Shown here in pieces: positions 47,044 to 56,466 of a stretch of 64,000 nt of DNA. The notes under the pieces were generated by a model that did no database searches, was not told the DNA's origin, and worked only from the letters and a program-made list of their open reading frames with translations. The translations under genes were made by a program, and so were the position numbers. This DNA comes from an uncultured Acidobacteriota bacterium (GTDB lineage: Bacteria; Acidobacteriota; Thermoanaerobaculia; UBA5066; Gp7-AA6): positions 321,537 to 385,536 of the forward strand of contig CAWAKL010000012.1 in the NCBI GenBank assembly GCA_963782585.1. Reading direction: 5' to 3'. Within the stretch, counting starts at the first letter, position 1. Each line of letters begins with the position of its first letter.

Positions 47044-48327
47044 GTGAAGATCCTCGTGATCGGCAACGGCGGGCGCGAGCATGCGCTGTGCTGGTCGCTC
47101 CACCGCAGCCCGCGCGTCGAAGAGATCTTCTGCGCTCCCGGCAACCCCGGCATCGCCGAGGTCGCGGACTGCCTCCCGGTCGCGGTCTCGGACATCGTCG
47201 AGATCGCGGAGCTCGCCGAGAAGCTCCATGTCGATCTGACGGTCGTCGGACCGGAGCTCCCGCTCTCGCTCGGGATCGCGGACGAATTCATCAAGCGCGA
47301 GCTCCCGATCTTCGGGCCCACCCGGCTCGCGGCGCAGATCGAGTCGTCGAAGGTCTTCTCCAAGGAGTTCTTCTGGCGCCACCAGATTCCGACGGCCGAA
47401 GCGACCGTCTGTCAGTCGGCCGACGAGGCCCGGCGGGCGATCAAGAAATACGGCTTCCCGGCCGTGCTCAAGGCCGACGGCCTGGCCGGCGGGAAGGGTG
47501 TCCTCATCCTCGATTCCGAGGAGGAAGCCGAGCGCGCCCTCCGCCTCTTCTTCCAGGAGCGGGTCTTCGGCGCCGCGGGTGACCGGGTTCTCGTCGAGGA
47601 GTTCCTGCGGGGACAGGAATCCTCCTTCCTCGCCCTCTTCGACGGGGAAGTCTGCGTTCCGTTGCCGACGGCGCGCGACTACAAGAAGGTTTACGACGGT
47701 GACCGCGGGCCCAACACCGGCGGGATGGGCGCCCATTCGCCGGCCGGTGTCCTCAACGCCGAAACGGCGTCCCAGGTCCTGCGGGACATCCTCTGGCCCA
47801 CTTTCCGCGGCCTGCAGGCCGAAGGGCGCGGCTTCAAGGGCGTCCTCTACGCCGGGCTGATGGTCACCGAGTCCGGCCCCAAGGTCCTCGAGTACAACGC
47901 GCGCTTCGGCGACCCCGAGACCGAGGTGATCCTCCCGCGGGTGACTTCCGACATGGCCGAGGTGCTCCTCGCGACGGCGTGCGGGGGCCTCGACCGTTTC
48001 CTGCCGCTCGAGGTCAAGAACGAAGCCTGCGTGGGTGTCGTGCTCGCGGCCGGCGGCTACCCCGGCAACTACGAGCACGGCCGGCCGATCCTGGGCCTCG
48101 CCGACGCGGCCCGGATGCCCGGGATCGAGCTCTTCCACGCCGGCACCGCGCGCGACGGCGATCGGCTCGTCACTGCCGGCGGCCGCGTCATGGTCGTGAC
48201 CGCGACCGCGCCCTCGATGACCGAAGCCGCCGTGCGGGCCTACGAGGCCGCGGACCGGATCAAGTTCGAGGGCAAGCATGTCCGGCGGGATATCGCCGCC
48301 GGAGGAGTGCGGCCGAGCCGGATATAG
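47044..48327 (+). CDS. purD: Phosphoribosylamine-glycine ligase
   Basis: 427-aa ORF (GTG start). MKILVIGNGGREHAL.WSL...GPE.PL..GI.D.F...FGP...AA..ESSK.F.K.F...KADGLA.GKGV...NTGGMG..SP...LYAGLM....GPKVLE.N.RFGDPE. Confidence 0.92.
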   Translation: MKILVIGNGGREHALCWSLHRSPRVEEIFCAPGNPGIAEVADCLPVAVSDIVEIAELAEKLHVDLTVVGPELPLSLGIADEFIKRELPIFGPTRLAAQIESSKVFSKEFFWRHQIPTAEATVCQSADEARRAIKKYGFPAVLKADGLAGGKGVLILDSEEEAERALRLFFQERVFGAAGDRVLVEEFLRGQESSFLALFDGEVCVPLPTARDYKKVYDGDRGPNTGGMGAHSPAGVLNAETASQVLRDILWPTFRGLQAEGRGFKGVLYAGLMVTESGPKVLEYNARFGDPETEVILPRVTSDMAEVLLATACGGLDRFLPLEVKNEACVGVVLAAGGYPGNYEHGRPILGLADAARMPGIELFHAGTARDGDRLVTAGGRVMVVTATAPSMTEAAVRAYEAADRIKFEGKHVRRDIAAGGVRPSRI

Positions 48328-48330
48328 AAA

Positions 48331-48359
48331 ACGGGCGGGCCCGCCTGGAGCCCGCCCGT
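48331..48359. terminator. Perfect 10-bp hairpin between convergent purD and the P2 gene (possible bidirectional terminator)
   Basis: ACGGGCGGGC-ccgcctgga-GCCCGCCCGT. It is flanked by short A/T stretches only. Confidence 0.5.
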
Positions 48360-48389
48360 CAAAGCGCCCGATTCGCGGAGACTACGGCG

Positions 48390-49370
48390 TCAGTCCGCGC
48401 AGCCGTCGGTGTCCGCGCACTTCAACTCGAAGTACGCGCCGTCCTGCGTGTTGTCGTCGAGGACGTTGAAGTAGCCCTCGATCGTCGGAAAACCGGGGGT
48501 GTTCACGACGTCGACGTACGCAATGCAGGACTCCACGCTGGCGGGGATCCCCGCCACACCCCAGATGTTGTTCCTCTGCTGAACCTCTCCGGGCTGTAGG
48601 CCGTTGATCGCGATGATGCTGCCCACGCGCTGGCCGTTCGTGGCTGATCCCTCCGTGACGTCGTAGAAGGAAATTTCGACGTTGACGTTGCCTTCGAGGT
48701 TCAGGTCCGTGTTCGTGACGCCCAGGTTCGTGCGCAGAGAGCCCGCATCGGTCGGCGCCCCGCCCGTGTCGCGGATGGTTCCGACGAGGGTGGTGTTCGC
48801 CGATTCGAAGAAGAGCGAGCCGGGGTAGGCGATCGCGACGGTCCCGAGCGCCGGGTTGGCCTGGTCGTAGGGGCTGTAGGTCCTCGCCGAGACCGTGCCC
48901 TCCCAGCCGAGGTTGGAAGGAAGGTTTTCGAACGTCACGAGGAGCGTGCCGAACGCTTCGATGCCCGGAGTAATGACGCCTTCCGCGCCCAGGAACTCGA
49001 CCATGTCGTCCGTGTGGAAGTTGTCGATCGAAAGCAGCCCGATCTCCAGGCGCGGCGTGCATCCCTGAAATGCGCCGCTCGCGTTGTAGCAGAACTGAAC
49101 CAGTGCGACGACGCCGTCGGTTTCGGTGTTGTTCGTGATGTCGATGGCCGTCTTGAAGAAGGACGACCCCTGCACGCGGGTGACGATGTTGACCTGCGCG
49201 GAGTAAGCGGCGGCCCCGGCCTTGCGCTCGAAACGGGGCGCCCGGGCCTCTCCGGCCGAGTCGCGGCTGACGACCCGCGTCCGCCGGCCCGACCCGCTCT
49301 CGGCCAGCAGCGTCGGCGCTGTCAGGGCCAGGACGATCGACGCGAGAATCCAGGTGCTGAGTCGCTTCAT
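48390..49370 (-). CDS. Secreted protein of unknown function (paralog family member P2)
   Basis: C-terminal 326 aa of track ORF 48390..49643. Starts MKRLSTWILASIVLALTAPTLLAES. Family motifs are GSSFFKTAIDITN, RTNLGVTNT and a C-terminal YFNVLDDNTQDGAYFE. Confidence 0.7.
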   Translation of the reverse strand: MKRLSTWILASIVLALTAPTLLAESGSGRRTRVVSRDSAGEARAPRFERKAGAAAYSAQVNIVTRVQGSSFFKTAIDITNNTETDGVVALVQFCYNASGAFQGCTPRLEIGLLSIDNFHTDDMVEFLGAEGVITPGIEAFGTLLVTFENLPSNLGWEGTVSARTYSPYDQANPALGTVAIAYPGSLFFESANTTLVGTIRDTGGAPTDAGSLRTNLGVTNTDLNLEGNVNVEISFYDVTEGSATNGQRVGSIIAINGLQPGEVQQRNNIWGVAGIPASVESCIAYVDVVNTPGFPTIEGYFNVLDDNTQDGAYFELKCADTDGCAD

Positions 49371-49536
49371 TGCTTCATCTCCTGTTTGCGGACGTTCCCG
49401 ACCCGGGAGGAACATTAGCAAATCCCGGTCCAGGCCGCTGCACGTGGTTTTTACGAATCTCTGAGTCGAAACGTCCGATCTGCGGGACGGATTGTCCTGA
49501 AAAGGGGATCCCGGCGAGGCGGTAGACTCCGGGCCC

Positions 49537-50010
49537 GTGCGCACGGCCGCCGTCGTTCGAATTCTCACGGGCGTCATGCTGATCGCCCTGGGCTGGGGCA
49601 AGGCCACCGGAGAATTCGTGAAGACCGGCTTCGCGCAGGACACGAAGGCGATCGCCGGCGAGACCTGGCCCTATGTGAGGACCTTTCTCGAGCACATCGT
49701 CCTTCCGAACGCGAACACGTTCGCCTGGCTGCTGGCCCTCTCGGAGATCGCCGTGGGCATCGGGCTCGTCCTCGGCCTTCTCACGCGGGTGGCGGCGGCC
49801 GGAGGCGTGGCGCTGATGCTGGCGATCCTCATGGGAACTGGTCGGGGCGAACCGGGCGCCACCTGGGACCAGTGGGTGACGGCCGGGATGACCGCCAAGT
49901 TCACGCTGCTGTTGCTGCTTCTGCTCTGTGCGGTCGACCCCGGGAAGGTCTGGGGACTCGACGGGGTGCTGCAGCGGAGAAAACGCTCGCCGCGCAGGTC
50001 GCCTACTTGA
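49537..50010 (+). CDS. DoxX-family membrane protein
   Basis: 157-aa ORF with four TM segments (RILTGVMLIALGWGK..., FAWLLALSEIAVGIGLVLGLLTR, AAAGGVALMLAI..., FTLLLLLLLCAV). Confidence 0.65.
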   Translation: MRTAAVVRILTGVMLIALGWGKATGEFVKTGFAQDTKAIAGETWPYVRTFLEHIVLPNANTFAWLLALSEIAVGIGLVLGLLTRVAAAGGVALMLAILMGTGRGEPGATWDQWVTAGMTAKFTLLLLLLLCAVDPGKVWGLDGVLQRRKRSPRRSPT

Positions 50011-50533
50011 GCAGCTCCTTCACCGCCGCCTCGAAAGTGCCGTACGACTGCTTTCCCGAGAGAACCTTCGCCTTCTTACCGTCGCGCGCGTAGAGGACCG
50101 TGAACGGCAGCTCGCCGCCCCAGTTCTTGTCGATCGATTCGATGAAGATCTGGTCGTCGCCGCCGCTCGCCTTGCGATAGTTGGGAAAGTCTGGCCTCAT
50201 CTTCGCCAGGAACTTGTCGACGGCCGCGAGGTCTTTCGCGGAGTCGATCGAGATACCGAGGACCGCGAGCCCTTTTCCCCGATACGCCTTCTCGAGCCGG
50301 GTCAGGTCCGGGTACTCCTCGCGGCACGGCACGCACCAGGTCGCCCAGAAGTTCACGAGGACGACGCGGCCCTTCTCCTTCGCGACCGCCGCGGCGTAGC
50401 CCTTGACGTCGACCTCGCCCGCAAGCTTCGAGGCCTCCGGAGCCGCGGCGATGCTCGAAGCTAGGAAAAGGGCGGCCACGGCGGCCGCCCCCAGCTGATA
50501 GCTGACAGCTGAACGCTGACAGCTTCTAGGCAC
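50003..50533 (-). CDS. TlpA/ResA-like periplasmic thiol:disulfide oxidoreductase
   Basis: 176-aa ORF with ...VVLVNFWATWCVPCREEYP.... The GTG at 50533 would place the heptamer repeat inside the codons. A later GTG at 50479 (VAALFLASSIAAA) is an alternative start. Confidence 0.8.
   Translation of the reverse strand: MPRSCQRSAVSYQLGAAAVAALFLASSIAAAPEASKLAGEVDVKGYAAAVAKEKGRVVLVNFWATWCVPCREEYPDLTRLEKAYRGKGLAVLGISIDSAKDLAAVDKFLAKMRPDFPNYRKASGGDDQIFIESIDKNWGGELPFTVLYARDGKKAKVLSGKQSYGTFEAAVKELLK
50493..50527. repeat. Heptanucleotide array, copy 1: AGCTGAT AGCTGAC AGCTGAA CGCTGAC AGCTTCT
   Basis: Read directly from the sequence. On the - strand it begins at the stop codon (50526-50528) of the thioredoxin-fold gene. 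Confidence 0.85.
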
Positions 50534-51110
50534 GCTTGATCGTGCAGCCGAACGCCTTGGTCTCGGTCTTCGCGACCGGCTGGCCGGCCAGGATCTGATC
50601 GAGCGCGTTCTTCAGGTCGGGCGAGGTCACCTTCGTGGGCTCCTCGTAGTTCTCGTCGATGCGTCCGTGATACACGAGCTTTCCGTCCGCGCCGACGATG
50701 TAGACCTCGGGCGTGCGCTTCGCGTCGTAGAGATCGGCGACCTTGTTGCCCGGATCCTTGGCGATCGTGAAGTCCCACTTGTTCTTCGAGGCGTGCGACT
50801 TGACCTCGGCCTCGGGCTCGGTGTTGTTGCTGTTGATGCCGACGAAGAGGATGCCCTTCTTCGAGTAGTCGGCGGCCATCTGGCGGAGCCGGTCGTTGTA
50901 CGCGTTCGAGTACGGGCACTTGGTCGCGATGAACATCAGCACCACGGCCTTGTTGGCCTTTTCGGCGTCGGCGAGGGAGAAGGGCTTCCCGTCGACCGTC
51001 GTGAGCTGGAACTTCGGCGCGGGGGCTCCGATCGCGGGCGCCTCGGCGAAAGCGGTTCCGGCGAGGGCCAGGGTCACGGCGAGACACAGGGCAATCTTGA
51101 GTGTTTTCAT
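50526..51110 (-). CDS. Secreted thioredoxin-fold (redoxin/AhpC-TSA-like) protein with CxxS motif
   Basis: 194-aa ORF with a signal peptide. ...AVVLMFIATKCPYSNAYN... and a conserved tail ...TKAFGCTIK. Confidence 0.75.
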   Translation of the reverse strand: MKTLKIALCLAVTLALAGTAFAEAPAIGAPAPKFQLTTVDGKPFSLADAEKANKAVVLMFIATKCPYSNAYNDRLRQMAADYSKKGILFVGINSNNTEPEAEVKSHASKNKWDFTIAKDPGNKVADLYDAKRTPEVYIVGADGKLVYHGRIDENYEEPTKVTSPDLKNALDQILAGQPVAKTETKAFGCTIKRA

Positions 51111-51317
51111 GCGATTACTCCTCTTCCTATCGGGCCTGAAATTCCGCCAGCCGGTCGAAAATTCCCGCTACCGGAGCGCCGTCTGGCTTCGCCCTTCCAG
51201 CCAGCCGCTCGGCGGCGGGGCGGCTTCGAGCGCCGCATGGTCGGGCCCCGGGCCTCGAGGATAACCTCGACCCGCCTCTCGGGTGGAGACGGCCAGACGG
51301 GTCCCTGAGGCGTAACC

Positions 51318-51352
51318 AGCCGATAGCTGAAAGCTGAGAGCCGAAAGCCTCT
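51318..51352. repeat. Heptanucleotide array, copy 2: AGCCGAT AGCTGAA AGCTGAG AGCCGAA AGCCTCT
   Basis: Read directly from the sequence. On the - strand it begins at the stop codon (51352-51354) of the upstream gene. It has the same length, phase and terminal ATC(A/G)GCTGG as copy 1. Confidence 0.85.
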
Positions 51353-51726
51353 TACACCGCGAACAGAGGTCGTTGTACGACCGGATCGAACTTCCAGACG
51401 TATTTGTACGCCCCGTTGAAGAAGTCGATCGTGATGACGTAGTGCGCTTCGACGACGATCAGCTCGCGGGACTTCGTGATCTTGAGGTTTTCCTTCTTGA
51501 TCGGGAGCCTGAGCTGCTCGGCCTTCCTGAGGATCTCGAACTCGATGAATTTCGGATCCTTGATCGACCCGAAGGCGGCCTGCTCCTGCATCGTGTCGTA
51601 GAACTCGGAGGTGGCGATCTTGACGGGCACGATCTTCCACATGAGGTAGGCCACCACCCCCAGCAGGACCAGCCACACGATGCATCCGAGATTGGTGCTG
51701 CGGCGACCCACCTTGGCTCGTTCCAT
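51352..51726 (-). CDS. Membrane-anchored hypothetical protein
   Basis: 124-aa ORF with a single N-terminal TM (LGCIVWLVLLGVVAYLMWKIV) and coding-like codon usage. Confidence 0.6.
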   Translation of the reverse strand: MERAKVGRRSTNLGCIVWLVLLGVVAYLMWKIVPVKIATSEFYDTMQEQAAFGSIKDPKFIEFEILRKAEQLRLPIKKENLKITKSRELIVVEAHYVITIDFFNGAYKYVWKFDPVVQRPLFAV

Positions 51727-51770
51727 CCATTGCCTCCGGAGATCTGGCCGATTTTAACCTGTATGGCCCG

Positions 51771-52454
51771 CTACCGCACCGGAAGAAACGTCCGATCCCA
51801 GCGCGTGCGCGAGAAAGCGCCGGGGCCGTCCGTGCCCGCCGGAGTCAGGGACCAGTAGACGAAGAGCGCGCGGCCGACCAGATTCCCTTCCGGGACGGGG
51901 CCCCACTCCCGGCTGTCGCTCGAGTCGTCGCGGTTGTCGCCCATGACGAAGTAGGCGCCGTCGGGGATCCGCGTCGGCCCGAGCTGATCCCGCCGCCGCT
52001 TCTCCTCCGGAATGTCCGGGTCGTCCGGCCAGACGCGGTCGTCGGCGTGGAACACGTAGGGCTCGGCGAGCGGCCGGTCGTCGACGAAGACGGCTCGGTC
52101 CCGGATCCTGACGGTTTCACCGGGAAGTCCCACGACGCGCTTGATGAAATCGCGCGAGGGGTCCTGCGGAAAGCGAAACACGACCACGTCGCCCCGGCGC
52201 ACCGCGCGTGCCGGCAAGACGCTCCCGAGCGGCTTCGCGAGCGGAGCGTAGAGGAACTTGTTGACGAGCAGACGGTCGCCCGCGAGCACGTTCTTCTCCA
52301 TCGACGGGCTCGGAACGGCGAAGGCCTGGAAGAGAAAGGTGCGCGCGAAGAGGGCGAAGACCACGGCCGCCACGAGGGGATCGGCCCGATCGCGGAGCGG
52401 CCGTCCGGGGGACGGCCCGGCCGTCAGCGCACCACTGTGAACATTCGGTCCCAT
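51771..52454 (-). CDS. lepB: Signal peptidase I (second copy)
   Basis: C-terminal part of track ORF 51771..53309. ...AVPSPSMEKNVLAGDRLLVNKF...DFIKRVVGLPGE...GDNRDDSSDSREWG.... Start at the ATG at 52454 (31-nt overlap with the upstream copy) or the GTG at 52373. Confidence 0.85.
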   Translation of the reverse strand: MGPNVHSGALTAGPSPGRPLRDRADPLVAAVVFALFARTFLFQAFAVPSPSMEKNVLAGDRLLVNKFLYAPLAKPLGSVLPARAVRRGDVVVFRFPQDPSRDFIKRVVGLPGETVRIRDRAVFVDDRPLAEPYVFHADDRVWPDDPDIPEEKRRRDQLGPTRIPDGAYFVMGDNRDDSSDSREWGPVPEGNLVGRALFVYWSLTPAGTDGPGAFSRTRWDRTFLPVR

Positions 52455-53180
52455 CGCGTCCGCGAGAAGAAGTGGATCGCCACGTCCAGGAGCTGGCGAA
52501 GCTTGGCGATCGGCCCCTTCCAGATGTGGGAGTTCGGCTCCGCCTCGTAGGACCAGTACAAGACCGAGGGGCGCCCGAAGATGTTGCCCCGCGGAACCGC
52601 TCCCCAGTAGCGCGAGTCGAGCGAGTTGTCGCGGTTGTCTCCCATGCCGAAGAACGAGCCGGCAGGAACCGGGAACGGGCCGAACTGGTCGCGGCGGCGC
52701 GCCATGTCCGGCACGGACGGATCGTTGGGGTAGGTCTCCGGGTCGATGTGCTGGACGGGGGCGTCGTCGGAGGGCTTTCCGTTGACGAAGAGGCGCTTGT
52801 CCCGCACCTCGACGGTGTCGCCCCCGGCGGCGACGGCGCGCTTGACGAGCACGTTTCCGGGGTTCATGTCGTCGCCCGGCTTCTTGAAGACGATGATGTC
52901 GCCCGGTTTCACGTCCCGGTACGGCAGGAACTTCGCGATCGCCGGAAGGCGCGGCGCGAAGGCGAACTTGTTGACGAGGAGATGGTCCCCGACCAGGATC
53001 GTGCGCTCCATCGACCCGGTCGGCACCTGATAGGTCTGCACCACGAACGTCCGGACGAAGAGGACGAAGACGCCGGCGACCAGGAGCGACTCGTACCACT
53101 CGCGCGCCGTCGAGTGGCGCCTGGCGTCCTCGGCGTCGTCGGACTTCTCGGACTTCTCGGACTTCTCTTTCTTCTCTCAT
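52424..53180 (-). CDS. lepB: Signal peptidase I (first copy); apparent 1-nt insertion just after the start codon
   Basis: Track ORF 52424..53044 has ...[21 protein letters not shown]...[12 protein letters not shown]...[14 protein letters not shown].... The in-frame upstream sequence encodes the TM anchor ([21 protein letters not shown]) and a (EKS)3 tract back to a stop. The ATG at 53178-53180 overlaps the lepA stop (ATGA) but is in the +1 frame. The switch is within the purine run 53160-53177. Confidence 0.8.
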
Positions 53181-54978
53181 TCGACCTTCAGCACGGCGAG
53201 GAACGCCTCCTGGGGGATGTCCACGCGGCCCACTCGCTTCATGCGCTTCTTGCCTTCCTTCTGCTTCTCGAGCAGCTTCCGTTTCCGCGTGATGTCGCCG
53301 CCGTAGCACTTGGCCAGAACGTTCTTCCGGATGGCCGAGACCTGCTCCCGGGCGATGATTTTGGAGCCGATCGCGGCCTGGATCACCACCTCGAACATCT
53401 GCCGGGGGATGATTTCTTTCATCTTCGCGGTCAGGAAGCGGCCCTTGAGGACGGACTGTTCGCGGTGGACGATCAGAGACAGCGCGTCGACCGGATCGCC
53501 GTTCACGAGCAGGTCGAGCTTCACGAGGTCGCCCTCACGGTAGCCCTGGAACTCGTAGTCGAAGGATGCATAGCCCTTCGAGATCGACTTGAGCTTGTCG
53601 TAGAAGTCGAGGACGACCTCGTTCAGCGGGAAGTCGTAGGTCAGCACCACGCGGTTCGCCGCGAGGTACTCGAGCGACTTCTGCGTGCCGGAGCGGTCCT
53701 CGCAGAGCTTGAGCAGGCCGCCGAGGAAGTCGTCGCGCGTGATGATCGTCGCGGTGATGTAGGGCTCCTCGATCCGCTCGATGTAGTTGGGCGCCGGCAG
53801 GTGATTCGGGTTGACGATCTCGAGGATCTCCCCTCTCGTCGTCGTGACGCGGTAGTTCACGCCGGGCGCGGTCGTGATCAGGTCGAGGTCGAACTCGCGC
53901 TCGAGGCGCTCCTGGATGATCTCCATGTGGAGCAGCCCGAGGAAACCGCAGCGGAATCCGAAGCCGAGGGCGGTCGAGTTCTCGGGCTCGAAGGAGAACG
54001 ACGCGTCGTTCAGCCGCAGCTTCTCCATCGCGTCGCGGAGGTTCTGGTACTCGTCGGCGTCGGTGGGGAAGAGGCCGGCGAAGACCATGGGCTTCGCCTC
54101 GGCGAAGCCCTCGAGGGGCTCCGCCGTCGGGCGATGGACCTCCGTGATCGTGTCGCCGATGCGGGTCGAGTGGAGGTCCTTGATGTTGCCCCAGAAGGAG
54201 CCGACCTCGCCGACGGAGAGCGACGGCACGTCCTCGGGCTGCGGCCGGAAGACGCCGAGCGCCTCGACGTCCGTTTCGAGGCCGGTGCCCATCGCGCGGA
54301 TCTTCATGCGCCGCTCGAGCTTGCCGTCGACGATCCGCACGAGCGAGGTCACGCCCCGGTAGGGGTCGTACCAGGAATCGAAGAGGAGAGCCTTGAGGGG
54401 CGCGTCGGGGTTGCCCTTCGGCGGCGGGATGTCGCGCACGATCCGCTCGAGGAGCTCCTCGATCCCGATGCCCATCTTCGCGGAGGTCAGCACGGCGTCG
54501 TCCGCCGGAATGCCCGACGACCTGTTCGATCTGCTCGCGGGCCTTTTCGGGCTCGGCGGACGGCAGATCGATCTTGTTGATGACCGGGATGATCGTCAGG
54601 TTGTGGTGCGTCGCGAGGTAGGCGTTCGCGAGCGTCTGGGCTTCGACGCCCTGCGTCGCGTCGACGACGAGGATCGCGCCCTCGCAGGCCGCGAGCGAGC
54701 GCGAGACCTCGTAGGAGAAGTCGACGTGGCCCGGCGTGTCGATCAGGTTGAGGATGTACTCGTGCCCGTCCTTCGCCTTGTAAAGGAGGGTGACCGCGCG
54801 GGCCTTGATCGTGATGCCGCGCTCCTTCTCGAGCTCCATGTCGTCGAGCATCTGCGCGTGCATCTCGCGGGCGGCCACGGCCCCGCAGGCCTGCAGGATG
54901 CGGTCCGACAGCGTCGTCTTCCCGTGGTCGATGTGGGCGACGATCGAGAAATTGCGGATGTAGCTTGGGGTCGGTCAT
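53177..54978 (-). CDS. lepA: Translation elongation factor 4 (LepA); two apparent 1-nt insertions
   Basis: Three frame segments join. Segment 1 is MTDP (ATG at 54978). Segment 2 is [24 protein letters not shown]...[15 protein letters not shown]...NKIDLP...EQIEQVVG. Segment 3 is [22 protein letters not shown]...[19 protein letters not shown].... Switches are at about 54965 (AA for A) and about 54512. Confidence 0.88.
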
Positions 54979-55008
54979 GCGGCGAACGGGGGAGTTTACC
55001 TGAGGGGA

Positions 55009-56050
55009 CTAGGAGCCCAGCGGCCAGCGCGAGCGGGCCGTCGGCCACCGGCGGGATCGCGCCGGCCCGATGCCGCAGGAGGCCGGCCCACGCGATCATG
55101 GCGGCGTTGTCCGTCGTGTAGGACCGCTCGGGCAGATGGACGGGCACGCCGCGCTCGGCTCCCCAGGCCGTGAGCGTGGCGCGCAGCTCGGTGTTCGCGG
55201 CGACACCTCCGGAGAGGGCGAGCGCGCGGACGCCCTCCGCGGCGTGGACCTCGTCCACCCGGGAGACGAGCGCCGTCACGATCGCCCGCTGGAAGGACGC
55301 GAGCAGGTCCGTCAGCTCCGGGTCGAGCGTCTCCGGGTCGAGGGGTGAGCCGTCGATGCGCCGCCGCTGGAGCTCGCGGAGCATCGCCGTCTTCAGGCCC
55401 GAGAACGAAAAGTCGCGCGAGCCATCCACTCTCCCGACCGGGAAGGGGAAGCGGTCGCCCCGGCCGCGCGTCGCGATCCGATCGATCACCGGCCCGCCGG
55501 GGTAGCCGAGTCCGGCGCGCCGCGCGATCTTGTCGAAGGCCTCGCCGGGCGCGTCGTCGCGCGTGCGGGCGAGCGGGACGATCCGCATGCGGCCGTCCTC
55601 GACGCGCACGAGCTCGGCGTGGCCGCCGGAGACGACGAGGCCGTGGAACGGATAGGCGATCGGCCGCGGCGCTTCGCCGCGCGGTCGCAGGAACGCCGAG
55701 AAGAGGTGGCCTTCGAGATGATTGACGCCGACGAGCGGAATGCCCCGCGCCCAGGCGAGCGCCTTGCCGGCCGAGAGGCCGACGAGGAGCGCTCCGATCA
55801 ACCCCGGACCGGCCGTCGCCGCGACGAGGCCGGCATCCTCGAGCCGGACGCCCGCGGCTTCGAGCGCCTCCTCGAGCACGGCCGGCAGGTTCTCGAGGTG
55901 GGCGCGCGCGGCAACTTCCGGAACGACGCCGCCGTAGCGCGCATGCGCGGCGAGCTGCGAGGAGATCACGTTCGAGAGCACCCGGCCCTCGCCGTCGAGG
56001 ACGGCGACGGACGTTTCGTCGCAGGAGGTCTCGATGCCGAGGACGATCAC
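55009..56050 (-). CDS. tsaD: tRNA N6-adenosine threonylcarbamoyltransferase TsaD; apparent 1-nt insertion near the 3' end
   Basis: GTG start at 56050. VIVLGIETSCDETSVAV...GVVPE.AARAH...GPGLIGALLVG...KALA.A...PLVGVNHLEGH...VSGGH...GEAFDK.AR..GLGYPGGP.ID...SFSGLKTA...LSGGVAAN..LR.......TDNAAMIA. The expected ending ARSRWPLGS* (stop at 55009) is in the next frame. The switch is at about 55036-55042. Confidence 0.85.
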
Positions 56051-56466
56051 GGCAGAACCGTGAAGCCCTCCCGGCGCGCGGCGTCGCGCAGCCGGTCGTC
56101 GAGGCAGACGAAGGGGAGAGTCTCGGGACGGTCGTTCGAAGCGACGATCGCCGCCGCGAGCTGCAGCGCGTCGGCGGCTCGCAGGGCGTGCGTGCGCACC
56201 AGACGCAGCGCTCGACCCCGAACGGGCTCGAGCGCCGTGATCGGCCGCCAACGACCGACCAGCTTGGCGAGGTCCACGCGTGCCGCTTCCAACGGCGCGC
56301 TCCCGAGGCCCTCGCGCTCGCGTCGCGCCAGAGCGGCCTCGATCTCGACCTCCGTGAGGCACCACACAGACTGCTCCGGATCCTCGTCGCGCATGGCCCG
56401 CAGGCTGCGGGTCAGTGATTCGTCGACGACGAGCGACACCAGGGCGGAGCTGTCCCAGTACTTCAT
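56047..56466 (-). CDS. vapC: PIN-domain toxin VapC (second TA pair)
   Basis: 139-aa ORF. MKYWDSSALVSLVVDE...LTEVEIEAAL...ALRAADALQLAAAIV.... Its start overlaps the antitoxin stop (ATGA) and its stop overlaps the tsaD start. Confidence 0.8.
   Translation of the reverse strand: MKYWDSSALVSLVVDESLTRSLRAMRDEDPEQSVWCLTEVEIEAALARREREGLGSAPLEAARVDLAKLVGRWRPITALEPVRGRALRLVRTHALRAADALQLAAAIVASNDRPETLPFVCLDDRLRDAARREGFTVLP

Noticed and set aside
53141-53167. A 9-nt unit (GACTTCTCG) is triplicated near the lepB copy 1 start.
   Set aside because: It is a real repeat, but it simply encodes (EKS)3 in the cytoplasmic N-terminal tail. It is too short to support any further claim and is noted under the lepB feature only.
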